A stretch of DNA of 59,825 nt, filler included, from Sphacelaria rigidula (Eukaryota): the NCBI GenBank assembly GCA_964200075.2. It is 10 parts of 10 records of this genome, joined end to end, with 100 filler letters (N's around TTAATTAATTAA, not from the genome) between each part and the next. Parts side by side here need not be neighbours in the genome. Positions count along the whole stretch, not along the records: positions 17,980 to 23,872 come from CAXNAA020023681.1; positions 23,973 to 29,865 come from CAXNAA020023682.1; positions 29,966 to 35,857 come from CAXNAA020023683.1; positions 35,958 to 41,849 come from CAXNAA020023684.1; 6 more parts are not named here. The stretch is one strand, 5' to 3'. Under the pieces are notes generated by a model. That model searched no databases and was not told where the DNA came from. It saw only the letters and a program-made list of their open reading frames with translations. Below are positions 23,612 to 37,369 of the stretch, piece after piece. Each line of letters opens with the position of its first letter. Position 1 is the stretch's first letter. The position numbers and the translations under genes are program-made.

Positions 23612-24989
23612 TGTTATGTGAGATTCGCTGTCCTTGTTGCCCCCACGTTGAAGAAGACAAATGTTTCCGTACGTGCGTTACGTTCAACACGAAGCACTCT
23701 TGTTCCTATGATTCCGTTGTGTGAAAGTATGCTTCGTGGCATTGTGAACCACCTTTCGATGTGCTCATCCCCCCCCCTGATGGTGAGATACCACGAGGCA
23801 GTGTAAAAGCCATGGCCCTCTCTGGAAATGGCGATACCAGAAAATAAATCAACTCATGGTAGGCTGTCATCCNNNNNNNNNNNNNNNNNNNNNNNNNNNN
23901 NNNNNNNNNNNNNNNNTTAATTAATTAANNNNNNNNNNNNNNNNNNNNNNNNNNNNNNNNNNNNNNNNNNNNTCCCTCAGGTCTTGAGAGTCGTGTCAAT
24001 TGGGTGGATGTAGTTGAGAAAAATCAACGGTCTAGCTTTCATACCTGTTGCGAACTTCGATCGGGAGTAAGTACGGTAGAGCAACGAAAGCTAGCTATGA
24101 TCGGGTTTGCCTGCCTTACTACCGACAGCGTCGCGTGGAAGCCACAAGACCTCTGCTGTCGGCGGTTGATGGCGTGGGTCTCGAATGCAACGATAAGTGG
24201 TTGATCGTAGAGCACTCTCGTCCCAGCTTGTAACGCATGATCCCCTCACATCGGAATAATTCTGGAAAGCTATTCGTACTCTACCCAGGTGTTCACGCGA
24301 CCAGCGTGTGCTCCAGATTGCAGCATGGACGGACTCCTATGCGCCACACTAGCAACAGCTAGGTCACCACCATACCTATCTTACTTCGCATGTCAAGAAG
24401 GTCTCTACAAGTGTTTCATCTCTCATACACCATCCTCAACTGGCGTGTGGCACGCAATTCTCGTCGGGCACCCAGAGGGTCAGATGTCGATAAAATCAAC
24501 GATAAATAACAACTACTTGTTATAGCCGCACCACCGCCCACCCGTCGAAAACTTTTGAAGCAACTAGATTGTTTTGGTATTTGAAGGAACTGGCCTCGAT
24601 GAGGTACAGTAATATCTAGGGTACAAATGAGTCGGATGAAAAGCGACATTTGGATATGAACCTTTGATTGAGCCGTTGAGGGACGAAAGTTTCTTGGAAA
24701 TATCCAGATTGGTATTCAGAATTGTTGACAGCGGCTGATAAGAGATACACGTGTATGGTTGAATTGTTCTGTCGGCATTTTGTATGTTATGTGTACAACG
24801 GACAGGATCGCCGGAACATTCCTTGGACTGGGGTGGGCGATACGATGAACGAGGCATTTACCGTCACAGACGGACTTTTGAATGTATGGGCCAGCAACGT
24901 CTCGGTTTTTCTCCACGTACTGTTGGGTTGTCGTTCTTGTATCATGACGATGTGTGAACACAATGCTTGGCGCAGGGTTGTATCGTCGA

Positions 24990-27900
24990 GTGACGCAACC
25001 CTTTCGTTATCACTCGCTATTGGCTACCTGGACACAATTCGACCACAATTCGACCCGGAGTACGCGCACTGCTGGCCAAAACGGCATACCGGCATGCGCT
25101 CGTACCGGGAAAGCCGTGATGATCGATCACGGGACATGCGTAATCAACACAATCACTACTCTCGCACAAACCAACCCCGTTACAACAACTACCGAGTTCC
25201 CCCTCTCGTACGGGCCACAGACTCAGGGGTATGATTACAACCCGCACGCTGCCCAACTGACTCATCAGTCACATGGTCAAGCGTGGCAGGCGCCTAACCA
25301 ACCCGCCAGCGCAAACCAACTAGCACTACCACCGAGTGAACCCCTGAACAATCGGTCGCCCACTCAATCTTCGCAAGATGCTAGACCCCTCTCGCCCCCC
25401 GAACCTCATGCCCCTCCGATACACCAGACCACATCAAGTAACACATCGCACGAGGCCACGCGTACCGCCTGACTCGCTCCTGGATACGCCGTGTACCCTT
25501 CGGGACTATCGATTCAACCCCCCAGGGGTACCGCTTGGTAGACGCCACCCTCCATTACTGACTACACCAAAGATTTCGGCGCCAGCCTCGCAAATGCAAC
25601 CCCGCCTTTCACGACCTCTGACCAACCACCAGCACGGTGCGGTTTCCATTAATTTGACGTCTCCACCACCCCCACATCCCAAAACTAAGATACCGTCGGT
25701 CGTCGCTAGCTCAAACTTGTGGTGTGGGTACAGATACCTTCGGTCGTCGCTAGCTCAAACTTGTGGTGTGGGTACAACGGGTCCGATCAGTTCTGGGTCA
25801 AGGGTCTCACTCAGGCAAGATCCCACGGAACAACACGTGGTTAAAGCTCTCACGGTGAGAAATTGTGTCATATTAATACTAGGATTGATCACTCTAGTAT
25901 ACCACTTCATAATTTGACCTTTGAACAGCTATCTTCCTCTCAGTCAATGTAGAGGGAGAGGCCACGTCCAGCAGGTATCCACATGCCGAGAGAGAAGCTG
26001 TCTCCCGGTCACCGTGTTGCTGCCCCTGCGACTATCCAACGCCGGATACGTTTCGGCCCAGACGTCCAAGTGGTGTCAGCCCCCTCTGTAGTTAAGCATA
26101 CGTATTCCACTGTGTATTATGACCACAGGGGACCATCGCTTTCCGTTGCTCCACGGGTTGGAGATGGATCCCCTGCAGTGAACCGGTCCGTAAGCTGAGA
26201 GCTGACACCGTCACGGATCACTCTCGAGAACGTCCCAACAGCGACAGGCCACGACGATACACCTCAGGCATTGGATGTGCCGTTACCGCCCTCTGTCCTT
26301 CCTCTGCCCCCTGAGCCAGCACCTACATGAAAGGTCGAGGCGGAATATGTTGAGCCATGGTCCACCCTACCTGCTGTCGGTTTGTTGCGTGTTCATGTGT
26401 GGATCTGCCACTGGAGACCTCACAATACGACAGCCTCAGGCGGATCACTGACGATTCGTCCCCTATGCTTCCAACGTCGGCCCCCGACAACGTGTCTCCC
26501 GATATATCCGTAAAGTCCATGTCTATTTCGAATGCATGTGTTGATGTTCCGGACGTAGCTTCCGCTAATGCAGTCAACGGAACCATGCCCCACGACGAGA
26601 AACCGTCGCCCCCTTTTGTTCACTACTGTACATTGTACGGCAGGCACATCGCCGTGCAGGGTTAAACCTTCTGCCAACCCCACACATGGGACATCCACTA
26701 TCGAGCCGGCAGTGTATGTCCCCCCTTCCGGCATCACATCTGGCCCCGCCTCCACCACGACGGTGATCCCTAGTAGTCGCACCGACATAGCGGTTTACGG
26801 AATACGTAGCCCTGACGCCCCAACAATGGAAAACACTCAAGACCAGTGCCCACATCCTCAGGCCTCACAAGGCCACCCCAGAGTACATCTCAATACCATA
26901 GTTCAGGAGATACAGCGAACACATATCGATTCGTTGCCAGATAAGATCTGGATCTTACGAGTGGCGTTTTTACCTTAGACGGTGCGTCGTTCACAACTAG
27001 ACTTGAACTGCAAAGTGGGTCTTGTGCAAACCGTCAACTTACGGCGCTGACATTACCAGGCTCGGGCTCCCCTCAGACCTTCATCATCGCCAGTTGCTGA
27101 CAGGACATGCTCCGCACTGACGCGGCCGATGATAAATGTCTGTCCGCTGTCCTCCCCCGCCACACCTTCGGCGGCTTCGGGTCAGGTTCTACTTTGAGTG
27201 CTACCCAGGCTGTGCGATTGAGTTTTAAGTTCTTCAACAATACGCACCCCACGGCACGACTCTCTGTTTGGGCTTTGATTGTCCCACATAATTCCATGAT
27301 ATTCGATGTTTCGTTGGGCAGAGATAGCTGGCTGCGATTTTCGACATATACATACACCACCGAACCACCGTCACCGCATTCACCCACGAAGGTCACACTA
27401 CAGTTGGGTCACCTCGGCGACCAACCCGATGCCCAGGTTTTTACGCGCGATTCCTCTGTAACACAGACCGCTCTCAAGTTGTATTAGGTTGGAGAGGTAG
27501 TCGCGTCACTTTTGCATGAACCCCAACCCTTGATGATGAATTGGGTGCGGTGTAATAGTCTGCCGGTACTCACCGGACGGTACTTGGTAGACTTACTTCC
27601 CCGTTTGCATGTTCGGACAGGAAGGCGTATTTGTGAAGGACGGACATCAACAATTGTTTCTGGCGTCACCGGAGTGCATTGATCTAATCCCAAACCAGTT
27701 GTTGGGGGTATGCTCCGGCTCCACTTCTACGTGCTTCTGTGTCTGATATATGTCCCCGCACCAGTACCACTGCCTCAACTGACTTCGAGCAAAATGCCGA
27801 CTGTGATGGACCAGTTTTAGTCAATACAATGGTTGTGACCGCGTCGGATGACGACGCGGACCCCGAAATTCCTCAAGAACGGTTAGATGGCTTACACCTT

Positions 27901-29600
27901 GAGCAGCGGGCAAGTTTCTTGCAAATATGGAATGGTGTTCGCCTTCAATCTCAACGGTGAAGGTTGGACTGCGGTAATCGACAAACTTTGAGATGTTCTG
28001 ATCCGCTGTGCCGCGCGATTCTCCATCTCACCTCTGGGTTTGGATCGATGCACGACGGCTCCGTTCAAGATTGACGTGCCAAAAGCAACTCCCCCCATCG
28101 CCACACGCCCGTATCGCACGAATCCACTGCTCGCTGATAAAGTACAAGTAATCATAGATACCTACCTAGCGGCGGGGATCATTTATCATTCGACATCCCC
28201 ATGGGCCTCCCTTTTGGTTGTTGTTCGAAAGAAAAATGGCACCATCCGCCTCACTGTCAACAATCAACGTTTGAAGGCGGTGACGATAGTTCCCCGCCTT
28301 TCGCTCCCCCGCATAGACGAAATCATCGACTTCCTTGCACGCGTTGGACGATTTTCTACTTTTGATATGCAATTGGGTCACCACCGACTTGCGATGGACC
28401 CCGACTCCATCGAGCTGGCGGCCTTCTGCACGCCGTCCGGGCTGTGTGAGTGGTTGGTGACACCGCAAGGTGCGTCCGGGGCTTTTCAACGAGCTATGTT
28501 TTGCGTCACCGATGGGCTCCCCCACTGTAAAATGTATATCTGGACGATGCCGTGATTCATCATCTCCACCCCGAAGGACACGTAGCGCAATTAGCGAAAT
28601 ATTTTGCCGATTCGAGCAGCATCACCTGAAACTTTCTTCATCGAAATCAGAGATTGGCGCCACGACTACCACATTTCCGGGGCACTGCATTACCCCAGAA
28701 GGCCGCAGCCCAACTCTCGACAAAGTTTCAGCTCTTGCGAACATACCAATGCCCAACGATGTCCCTCAATTCCGCTCGCTGCTGAGCGGCCTAAGCTATC
28801 ATCACCAATACCTAACGAATCTCGCCCGGACACTGAAACTCCTCACCACTCTCAAACGCGGGGTGGGGTTTGATTGTACACCAGTCACGGAAGAGACAGT
28901 TCGCGATGTCCTTGCCCAATTGAGTTAACCCTCCGGGCCTTGTATATCCTGATTGGGATGCCGATGAGGACGGTTGGCGACCATTCCGCCTACACACCGA
29001 CGCATGAAAGATTGGATTTGGTTGTATACTTCAGCATAAGCGGTCGGATGCATCCATCCGCCCCATTGTCTATCTAAGCCTCACGATGTTCCCTAACAAA
29101 ACAAATTGGAGCGTTATCGATCAAGAAGTGGGCGCAATTGTTCGGGGCGTCCCGCGTCTCCGTCGCTATTTGCATGGCATCCCCTTCGTCATTTTGACCG
29201 AGCACAAATCTTTGGAAAACCTGGCAAAAATGGGGGAGAACAATACTCGAGTTCAGCGTTGATTCGAAATCTTGTATTCTTACAACTTTCAGTCAAAGTG
29301 TCGGACCGGTCCCCGAAACGCCAACGCCGACTCCCTCTCGCAATTGCCGACACCTGCCACACCGATCCATACCTGCCCCGCGGGGCGAATGAAAAACACC
29401 ACGGAAAATATTGTATACTTAGTCAGTCGCCTTGGTCACCTTTGTCTCTGGACGCCTTACGTCTCCACCGAGACTTCGGGTTTGAGCATGAGTGGGCTGA
29501 CACCTTCTCCCGAAACCGGCGCTAGGTGCCTCGCCCCCTCGATCCTTTCCTTCGGGTCTTGGGAATGCCAACACCAATACAGGTACCATATTTTTTACCT
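24990..29600 (+). mobile_element. Degenerate Ty3/Gypsy LTR retrotransposon internal region (protease, RT, RNase H)
   Basis: FDVSLGRDSW (27300), RPYRTNP, SPWAS.LVVVRKKNGTIRLTVN, FDMQLGHH, AFCTPSGL.EW..TPQG, frameshifted Y-LDD (~28535), LHTDA, NANADSLS. Confidence 0.92.
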
Positions 29601-31811
29601 TTTTAGGATGACGGGTCGCCGCATGAATGTTGCCACCGCATAAGAGCTCACCGTTCCCCCATATATTTTTCCTGTACAAGTACGCGACTTCATATCTAGT
29701 AGAACGAGCACACGTGGACAGATAGCACCCTGTGAAGGGGGTCTACAGGGTTCACGTGCCCTGCGTAGTGTTGCTGGCGGGAATTTTACTGTACAGTGTT
29801 TTCCAGCGTAGCAAAGGACGCTCCACAGGGTTTCCCTACTGTGGTCATGAATAGTGGGGATCACANNNNNNNNNNNNNNNNNNNNNNNNNNNNNNNNNNN
29901 NNNNNNNNNTTAATTAATTAANNNNNNNNNNNNNNNNNNNNNNNNNNNNNNNNNNNNNNNNNNNNTAGGGGTAGGAACGGTGCTCCGTCTCGAAAGGGAT
30001 GCGTCGTCAATGATCAAACGGCCGGGGGAAGCCACGGATGAGTCCCCCCCCCCCCCCCCCACCCCTCCTCCCAAGACCAGCCTCAAGATTGCGACGGAGA
30101 AATGACGACACAGGGCATGCTGGGTTGCGTCAGACTGCATGAAGGGCCTCATATGGGCGACATCGGTAAAACAATCCCGAACGTAGAAATGTTCAGCTGC
30201 TCAATTGTGCTCGGCTTTCGTCATTTTACTTTTACGTGCAGATTTTGCCTCCTCAAACTAGCCACTTTTTTGCTTAGGTGGGGGGGGGGGGGGGGGCTAC
30301 CGTGGCATCAGTCGGTCGTTTCGGTAGTCATTCGTCAACCATCACCTAGAGAGTGAGTAATTGATGTCAGTTTTGGTGGCTCGATTTGTACGTTCTGGAA
30401 TCCGGCAGAAATTTCATGTGTGGTTCGGCAATCGATGAAATATGGTTGCTCTTTCGTGCGGGTTGCATGACCTTGAAATCTCCTATCTCGGGGAATTCGC
30501 GTCTTCTACAGGTGCTACGAGAGTATACTCTGATTGCATATGAAACCACTGCAGATTTCGGAAGCACTCTGCCACTTTCCTAAAATTTGGCGACAGGTGC
30601 ATGGCAGTGTTGTGACGCACGGAGATCGTAGCGTCGCGCGGTCGGCGTCGGTTACAACCCCTCATTGCTCTTGGCGTTGTTCGCGCCAACACCTTGCATT
30701 GCTGGCTTGTCTCCCACACTACTAATCAGGTATGTGGTCACCCGGACAACAGTGAAGCTCCAGCAAATTTCGACCATGTAAGAATCACTTCGTTGTTCAT
30801 TCAGCGACAACCTAGGCCACGTGTCCGGGAAGTACGCTCGACGTTGGTAAATCCGTCGATGTCACGGACACGAACATGGTTCGCATGGTGCCGACGGAAA
30901 TCGACGCAGCCTCCCTCATTACGTACGTCAACGCGCGAAAGGCGCTGCGCAGAAAGTCCGAGTAGGAAAGAGTCTTCCCGCATCTATTATTTGGAAGGCA
31001 CGATGTACCGTGGTCGAAACGTCGGTTGCTTGCCTTTGTACGACCTTCTGACTATTTCGACGAACCCTGGGGCCCAAGACTCTGGCATAAATCTTCGCAG
31101 ACTTTGCCACGTCCGCGAAATTCATTCTCGTGAGTGAACAATCCTGATTTGAGTGCCGATCCCCATGCTGACTAACCGCAGCCCCCCTCTTTTAGTTGAG
31201 AAGTAATATGGGTAACGGACACGCAGACATGGGGGCTGGGGGTGGGGGTCGGGGGGGATGAGAAAGGTGGCGGTCGGCGACGACGCTGTTGGACTACAAA
31301 TTCAAGTGTTTGCGAGTACCAATCACGAGGGCGTATCGTCTCCTGTACTGAGCTCTGCACGTTGGAGCCTTTGTGTCATTATTTGCATGGTGTGAAAACA
31401 ACGGGTGACTAGGGCAACCTAGGTGGAACGGGTAATGGGTAATTTGGAACTGTGTGTGACATTCTCATTTTCTAATTACGACCATTGTCCGGTAAATACG
31501 TCAACCCGATGACAAATAGTTCCTAGTTTACTCTACGTTCAAGTCAATCATGCCCTTTTTCGGGCCTTCAAGCTGTGTGCACCTGTGTCAAAATACGTAT
31601 CTTCACAACGCTCAAACAGCCTTCATTACAGTATTTACTCTCTTGGGGGCCGTCGTATCGTATGTCTAGACTGTGAGAAAATGCGACAAATCAACGACAA
31701 AAAGACCGCTGTGATATATATGTCCACGCTATTTGCGCTCCTTGATGGCGTTATCAGTATTTTTTATATCTCTTGGCGCGCGATGGGAGTGCAAAAAAAT
31801 GGAAACTCTTA

Positions 31812-33032
31812 GGCCGTATCTTGCTGATGAAAAAAAATGACGATTTAAAAATCGTCATCATTTGACGCCCTGTCATCCATACCTGCAATACCGACCCCCG
31901 GAAAACAATCACGATCGATCTCGACTTCTTTGCGTCATGGTGATTTCTGACAAGAAAAAGTCGAACTTTTCAAAACACGTTATGAGGTGGCCAGGAAATC
32001 ACTTTATTCTTAGGGTAACATACATAGCGACCACAGGGCAACAAATGCGGAGACATGGCACATACCCAAGGCGTAACCAGGCATCAGCCATCCTGGATCT
32101 CCTATCCCCGCCTCAGCAGAGCATGGCGCAACTACCCGTACCTATGGATCACTTGGATACGGTGTTCTCGGTGTGAGGTACGTTTACGCGAATTGGTCAA
32201 CAAACTCCATGGTTGAAGACCGTTTGTGTTCGTCAGTTCTCAAGGCCAACCATAACCGTAACCGTAACCGTCACCGTAACCGTAACCGAAAAACCCCCAG
32301 GCAAGGGGGATGCATACGGTGTCCTACGAAAAGTGTCTTCGGCAGAGCTCAAACGGCATCCGATTCCAGCGAAACGGCGTCCTACGCACGTTGGCGGGGA
32401 CCCGGGACTGTCAGCCCCCCAAATATTCTAATGCGATCGTCTACATTGAAACCAAGTATTAATTCAGCCATGGAATTTGTCGGCCAGTTCGCCTATATTC
32501 TACTGGAGGTAGATTCTATTGCTCGGCTCGGGGCGAAGATGTTTTTGATTTGATAGAGAGGATCCGAGGATCTACATCTGACGCTCCAAGCAAGCCTACC
32601 CGCATGGGGCCAACAGCTGCACGTTTGCAGTGACTATTCTGTGACATGCACAAGGCTGCTTCTTTCCCAATACTCGACATATTCATGTAGATCAAATACC
32701 GCTGTGTGCAGATCAACGTGAACTGGAGCCAGTAATGATGCGCCTGGCTGGCGAGTGTCTGTGCGTATTTACGTGGGCTCCGTCGTGTCATGGTGACGTT
32801 TCAGTCGGTGTTCTCGCGCTGCCTGTTCAAATGTTGAGAGGAATATTCGGAGCTACGTCGAAGGCAAGGAACACCGATGTGGGGTCGTCGAAGGCAAGGA
32901 ACGCCGATGTGGGGCGAGTGAACTCAACCTGGTCGCCGCGAGCTGAAATCACACGCCAAAATCACGGGCGTAAATAATTTTCCGAAGTGATTTTCGAGCG
33001 TCATCTTCTTTTCCCCTCGACAAGACACGGCC
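31812..33032. mobile_element. Probable PIF/Harbinger-like non-autonomous element with a nested inverted-repeat element at ~32177-32503
   Basis: Ends GGCCGTATCTTG... and ...CAAGACACGGCC, flanks TTA / TCA. The inner IR GCGAATTGGTCAACAAACTCCATGGTTGAA pairs with TTCAGCCATGGAATTTGTCGGCCAGTTCGC. Confidence 0.5.
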
Positions 33033-33287
33033 TCAGCTATTTATGCCGCACAATGAAGCGTAACAATCACATACCAGTAAGAAGAGCGTTCTTGCTCTGT
33101 CACAACATGGTTGTGATGCGCAACCGTTGAAAAGGTGTGTTCAATGTTTCAAGGAATTCCCAGCATACCTACAGACACTCACGTTCGACGCCTGACAACT
33201 TCGGAGGAAGCCACCGCCCACCACAGAAGAATGAGGCAACGTTCTTCAGTGGCGTCACTGCGATATTGGGCGAGAAATAGTCACATA

Positions 33288-34802
33288 CTCCCTCTGGGTG
33301 GATTTATAAGCAAGATTCGGAAAAACGGAATATAAGCGAGGTTGGTATGATATGGCCCAAAACGGGTCCTCTGGGCACTGTGGAACATCGAACAACATTT
33401 GTATACGATCAGGTACAACATTGGATTTTTTTTTTTGATGAGGTTGGGGGGGGGATTGTGCGTAAAAATCCCCTGGTCAGTCATTTCGGTGGAGATCCAG
33501 CTTTTTTGTACCTAGCGATGGATAAACAGGCCTCGTCACAGGTTTCATAACCCGGAATACGCCGTATGAATGGGGCACGACATTTGATGAAAAAGAAAAA
33601 GAGTTCCCTCTCAAAAAGGGGGGTATACTTCATTATTATCCTCGGTTTGGGGCACCGTAGACCTAAGCTTGATCCACTCCCCCCCCCGCCACCGGCTGGT
33701 TCTACGCAGTAGTGGCCCGGTCTACAGAGCAGCCGATTTTCTACAACTCAGCCAACCCTTCGATGCAGCAGCCGCCCCCTCCAGGTCCCATTCAGTCAAC
33801 TCTACACGGCAGCCTCCCCCCTACACAGCATACGGCCTTCTACGGCGCAGTAGTCGCCCCTTGCCCCGCCGCACTCGCCCCATACGCAGCAGCAACTGTC
33901 TCTACGCCGCCCTAACCCCATGCTACACGGCAGCCGCCCCCGCTGCCGCCGCCCCGATCCCACCCGCTGCCGCTCCTTGCCCGGCTGCCGCCGCCCCTTG
34001 TCCCTCTACCGCCGCGAGTGCCGCCGTCCCTTTCGTCCACGCCTCCTCGGAAATAGGGAATCGTTGGGGGATCGGGGTCCCAGCGCGTGCCCGAGCGTTC
34101 TTCCTTAGGTGTGGCAATTTGTAGGTGTTGTCTCCACCTTCCTTTGATGTGGCGCGTTCGACTGTGCTCTCAATCCAAGCGCCTTGAGGTTATCCCGGAG
34201 CGTAGTCCTGCCAACCCGAAGCGCTGCAGCCAAGTGGCGCCGTGTGGTACGCTCGTTCATGGGATGTCACGCAGACGGGTACGCAACTCTTCGATTCTGA
34301 TCCGCTTCCTACCACTTTTCCCCTCGCTTCCGGATTGCAGGTTAGGATGGGCGACACCTGCTGCGGCGTCCTCCTCGTATTCCAACCACACTCTCTTAAC
34401 TGTCTCCCAGTGGCAGCCGAAGTCCGCCGCGGTCTTCTTGTACGCACCACGCTTCAGAACCCCATCGACGCTGCGCGTCAATAGGTACCGGATGACTTCT
34501 TCTCTCTCTGGACCATCCAAATTCTTGCGTTTTTGCCCCTGAGAGACGTTCTCAGCAGCAGACATGTCTCACCAGCAGATGGGAAGGCTTTTGGGCGGTG
34601 GTCCAAAGTTGGGGTGGTGATTTCGAGCAACTTCTGCTGGGGTGTGATGAACTTTGTCGGTGTGACCTCTAAAAGACAGCGTTTTTGTGCGTTTCGCAGC
34701 GGCGGTCCAGAAATAACAAAAAACGGTTCGGAAAAAACCTTGATATGCCCGAGTTAGACCGCTTTTGGTCCGAACCTTGCTTATAAATCCGCCCAGAGGT
34801 AG
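33288..34802 (-). mobile_element. Tc1/mariner (plant-mariner/Stowaway-like) element with internally deleted transposase
   Basis: TA TSDs at 33286-87 and 34803-04. TIR CT(C/A)CCTCTGGG(T/C)GGATTTATAAGCAAG. Minus-strand transposase N- and C-terminal motifs are present. Confidence 0.88.
33923..34565 (-). pseudogene. Mariner transposase remnant: HTH N-terminus joined to the C-terminus, catalytic core missing
   Basis: KRKNL...LKRGAYKKTAADFGCHWETVKRVW...SGRKR...IP/NERTTRRHLAAAL, then GGDNTYKLPHLRK. Confidence 0.8.
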
Positions 34803-36797
34803 TACGTGTGAACGTTTGCGGCTTTGCTTTTCCGACAAGCCGCCCGTTCGACAGACGCAGTTGTCAGAAAAAAACGCCGCTGCTTCATTCTCAAGGCCAA
34901 TCGGACCCACAATAAGCACATAACTGATCGAACATCTAATCGAGTGTTCCGCTGCGGGCTATGACACTTTGTGTTGCGTGCCGTGAATCTCGTGATCAAC
35001 GTGTGAGCAGCGTTGATGCCAAGGGCGATGTTGGTCGTGGTTCGCAAGGTCCGCTTCAACTACTTGCCGCGCTTCGTGCATTTCACCTGGAGAAAATGCG
35101 GTCCGACCGGATCACGTACAACTCCCGAAATGATCTTTTTTACCTAGGACCCCTAAATTTCGGTCATCGAAATCCAAAGTTGTATGGCGGGTGGTAATCG
35201 TCAGTAGCTACCAGCAGATGAAGGAATGGGATCGTATCTCGAAGAATTGGGGGTGGATGCGAATATTTTAATTTCCCGGAGTTACCATCTTCAATGAAAA
35301 GCTCCATCTTCAATTTTGATGATCGGCTGCTAGCAACGTAAGCTTGTCGACTTGTTTCTCAACCACCAGGATGCATGCCAAACCCCTCACCACTACCGAA
35401 CCCTGGCAACGAAATTCATTTTTCTCGTATGATACCTCTTGTGCTCTTCCCTTCCTCGTGACGCGACGAGTCCGCGGTCTCAAGGGATCAACCCACCTCT
35501 CCCCCGGTACGTGCCTGACATTTTGGTGACGTGGGTTAGACCAGCAGTGCCGCGCCGCGTGAACTTCCGCCGAGATTTCTCCACCACAGTTGCGGCGCGT
35601 AATTAAGAAAAATTTAGTCAAGAAAATTAGGCTGGGCCTTTCACGGACAAAATGAAAAATGGACTAAGAAACACACCTCAAACTCGGCGACAAGAAAAGA
35701 AACATGAAAATAAGAAACAGTGCGGATACATACCTAATATAGGCATAAGAAATAAGAAACTAGCTGACTGGGGAGCCCCTTCCCAACTAAGAAACGTACC
35801 CTCTATATTTAGACCCCCCCCCCCCCTGCTGCGTACTCACTAAGGCAAGCGACAAATNNNNNNNNNNNNNNNNNNNNNNNNNNNNNNNNNNNNNNNNNNN
35901 NTTAATTAATTAANNNNNNNNNNNNNNNNNNNNNNNNNNNNNNNNNNNNNNNNNNNNGGTTCCGTGGGGGGGCCGTGTGGCGTTTGGTGTCGGCGGTGGG
36001 CCGGTGGGGCGGGGTCGGGGGGGGGGGGGGGGGGGGGGGGGACTCCCGCCCACCTCGAGGCATGTTGGGTGTGTTTCCCCGTTCTAAATTTCTTTCGAAG
36101 CTATTGAAGAAATAATCTGAACGCCTGACAACTTCCATCATAGAAATAGTCGCTACATACATCCCACAATATGTATCCTGTCATCATCGAACATTTCCTA
36201 CCAGCTGGTCCGCTGACGATCCAACAGTGGTCGCGAGGTGGACGTTACAAAGATAAAACAGTATGTGCGAAGGGAAAACTTGTTACAAAATAATCTTGTG
36301 GAGAAACACGAGAAAAAGAAGAAGCAAGTATTCCACGAGAAGACATAAGCCCAGACGGCATACAAATGACAGTCAGTAAGAGATTCCAGTCGAGGGGAGT
36401 CAGTCGTACGCGCTCCGTAGGTCGATTGAGCGTTTTTCCAATGGTATGTTCCTCGCCCGTTCCAACCCGCAGTCGGCACATGACGAAAATCACGTCGGTG
36501 GTCCTTCGTGGACGCTGGGATAGGCATTGATCTGAAACAAAACCCCGCCCTCTCGCCAAGGCTGTCGAGACTGCCGAGCCTGCTCTCTACAAACGTTAGG
36601 AAGGTTTAACAGCCTGCCCCAAAAGGGAGGACCCAATAGTTACCATACCCTCGCTCCCCCCCCCTTCTTCTTTAGCACCTCGATGGTGGCGTGCTTTCAT
36701 TCCTGTAGCACCAGTCTGCAGGTTCTCATAGCAACGAAAATGCTGCAGACGGAGCGAGATCTCTGAAGACTCCCCGCACACAACCCAAGCACGTGCG

Positions 36798-36895
36798 TTG
36801 ATTGGTTGGTTGGTTGTTTTTTTTATTGATTGATGTTTTGATTGATCGATGTTTTGATTGATTGATTTTTTTATGGATTGACTGGTTGATTGATT
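36798..36895. repeat. Degenerate (TTGA/TTGG)n microsatellite
   Basis: Directly visible. Confidence 0.9.
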
Positions 36896-37157
36896 GTCGC
36901 ACATGAACTCATCCCCGAGGGAGGGACCCAGCCATGGTCATTATCCACACAATGGATGTACCCAGGGTAACCGAAACGGACAAGCTAGAAAAAAATATAC
37001 GACCACATATTTGCGTCACGCGGCAATGAACTGGACAAAACGTGCACAGCGCCAAAACGTTTATGCAAGTAGCCGCGATGGACCGCAGTCGTCGATTAAA
37101 AGATAGCATCGCCAACCCGTGTACAAGTACGTACGACAAACCCAGAACCACTCGTAC

Positions 37158-37369
37158 CTGCCGCCTAGCCTGCCGAGGAATCGCACAACCCTGCGCCGTA
37201 GATCTTTCCGCTGAGACTGTTCCTCGACACCCCTCGCCCCCCGGTCAGCTGACGCAGTAGAGGCCGGTTTTGTTTTTTTGCCCCTGGAGCGTCGTGCTTT
37301 CTCGGAAGATACCCCGTCGCTTGCGGTGGATGTCTCTGAGGAAAGATGTCGGTCTAGGTGCGGCAATAT
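37158..37369 (-). CDS. PRKDC: DNA-PKcs next exon
   Basis: ILPHLDRHL...LRRRVVRFLGRLGG parallels ILPCLDGYL...IRIRVVQMLGSLGG. Acceptor tag, donor gtacga, phase 0 join. Confidence 0.85.
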
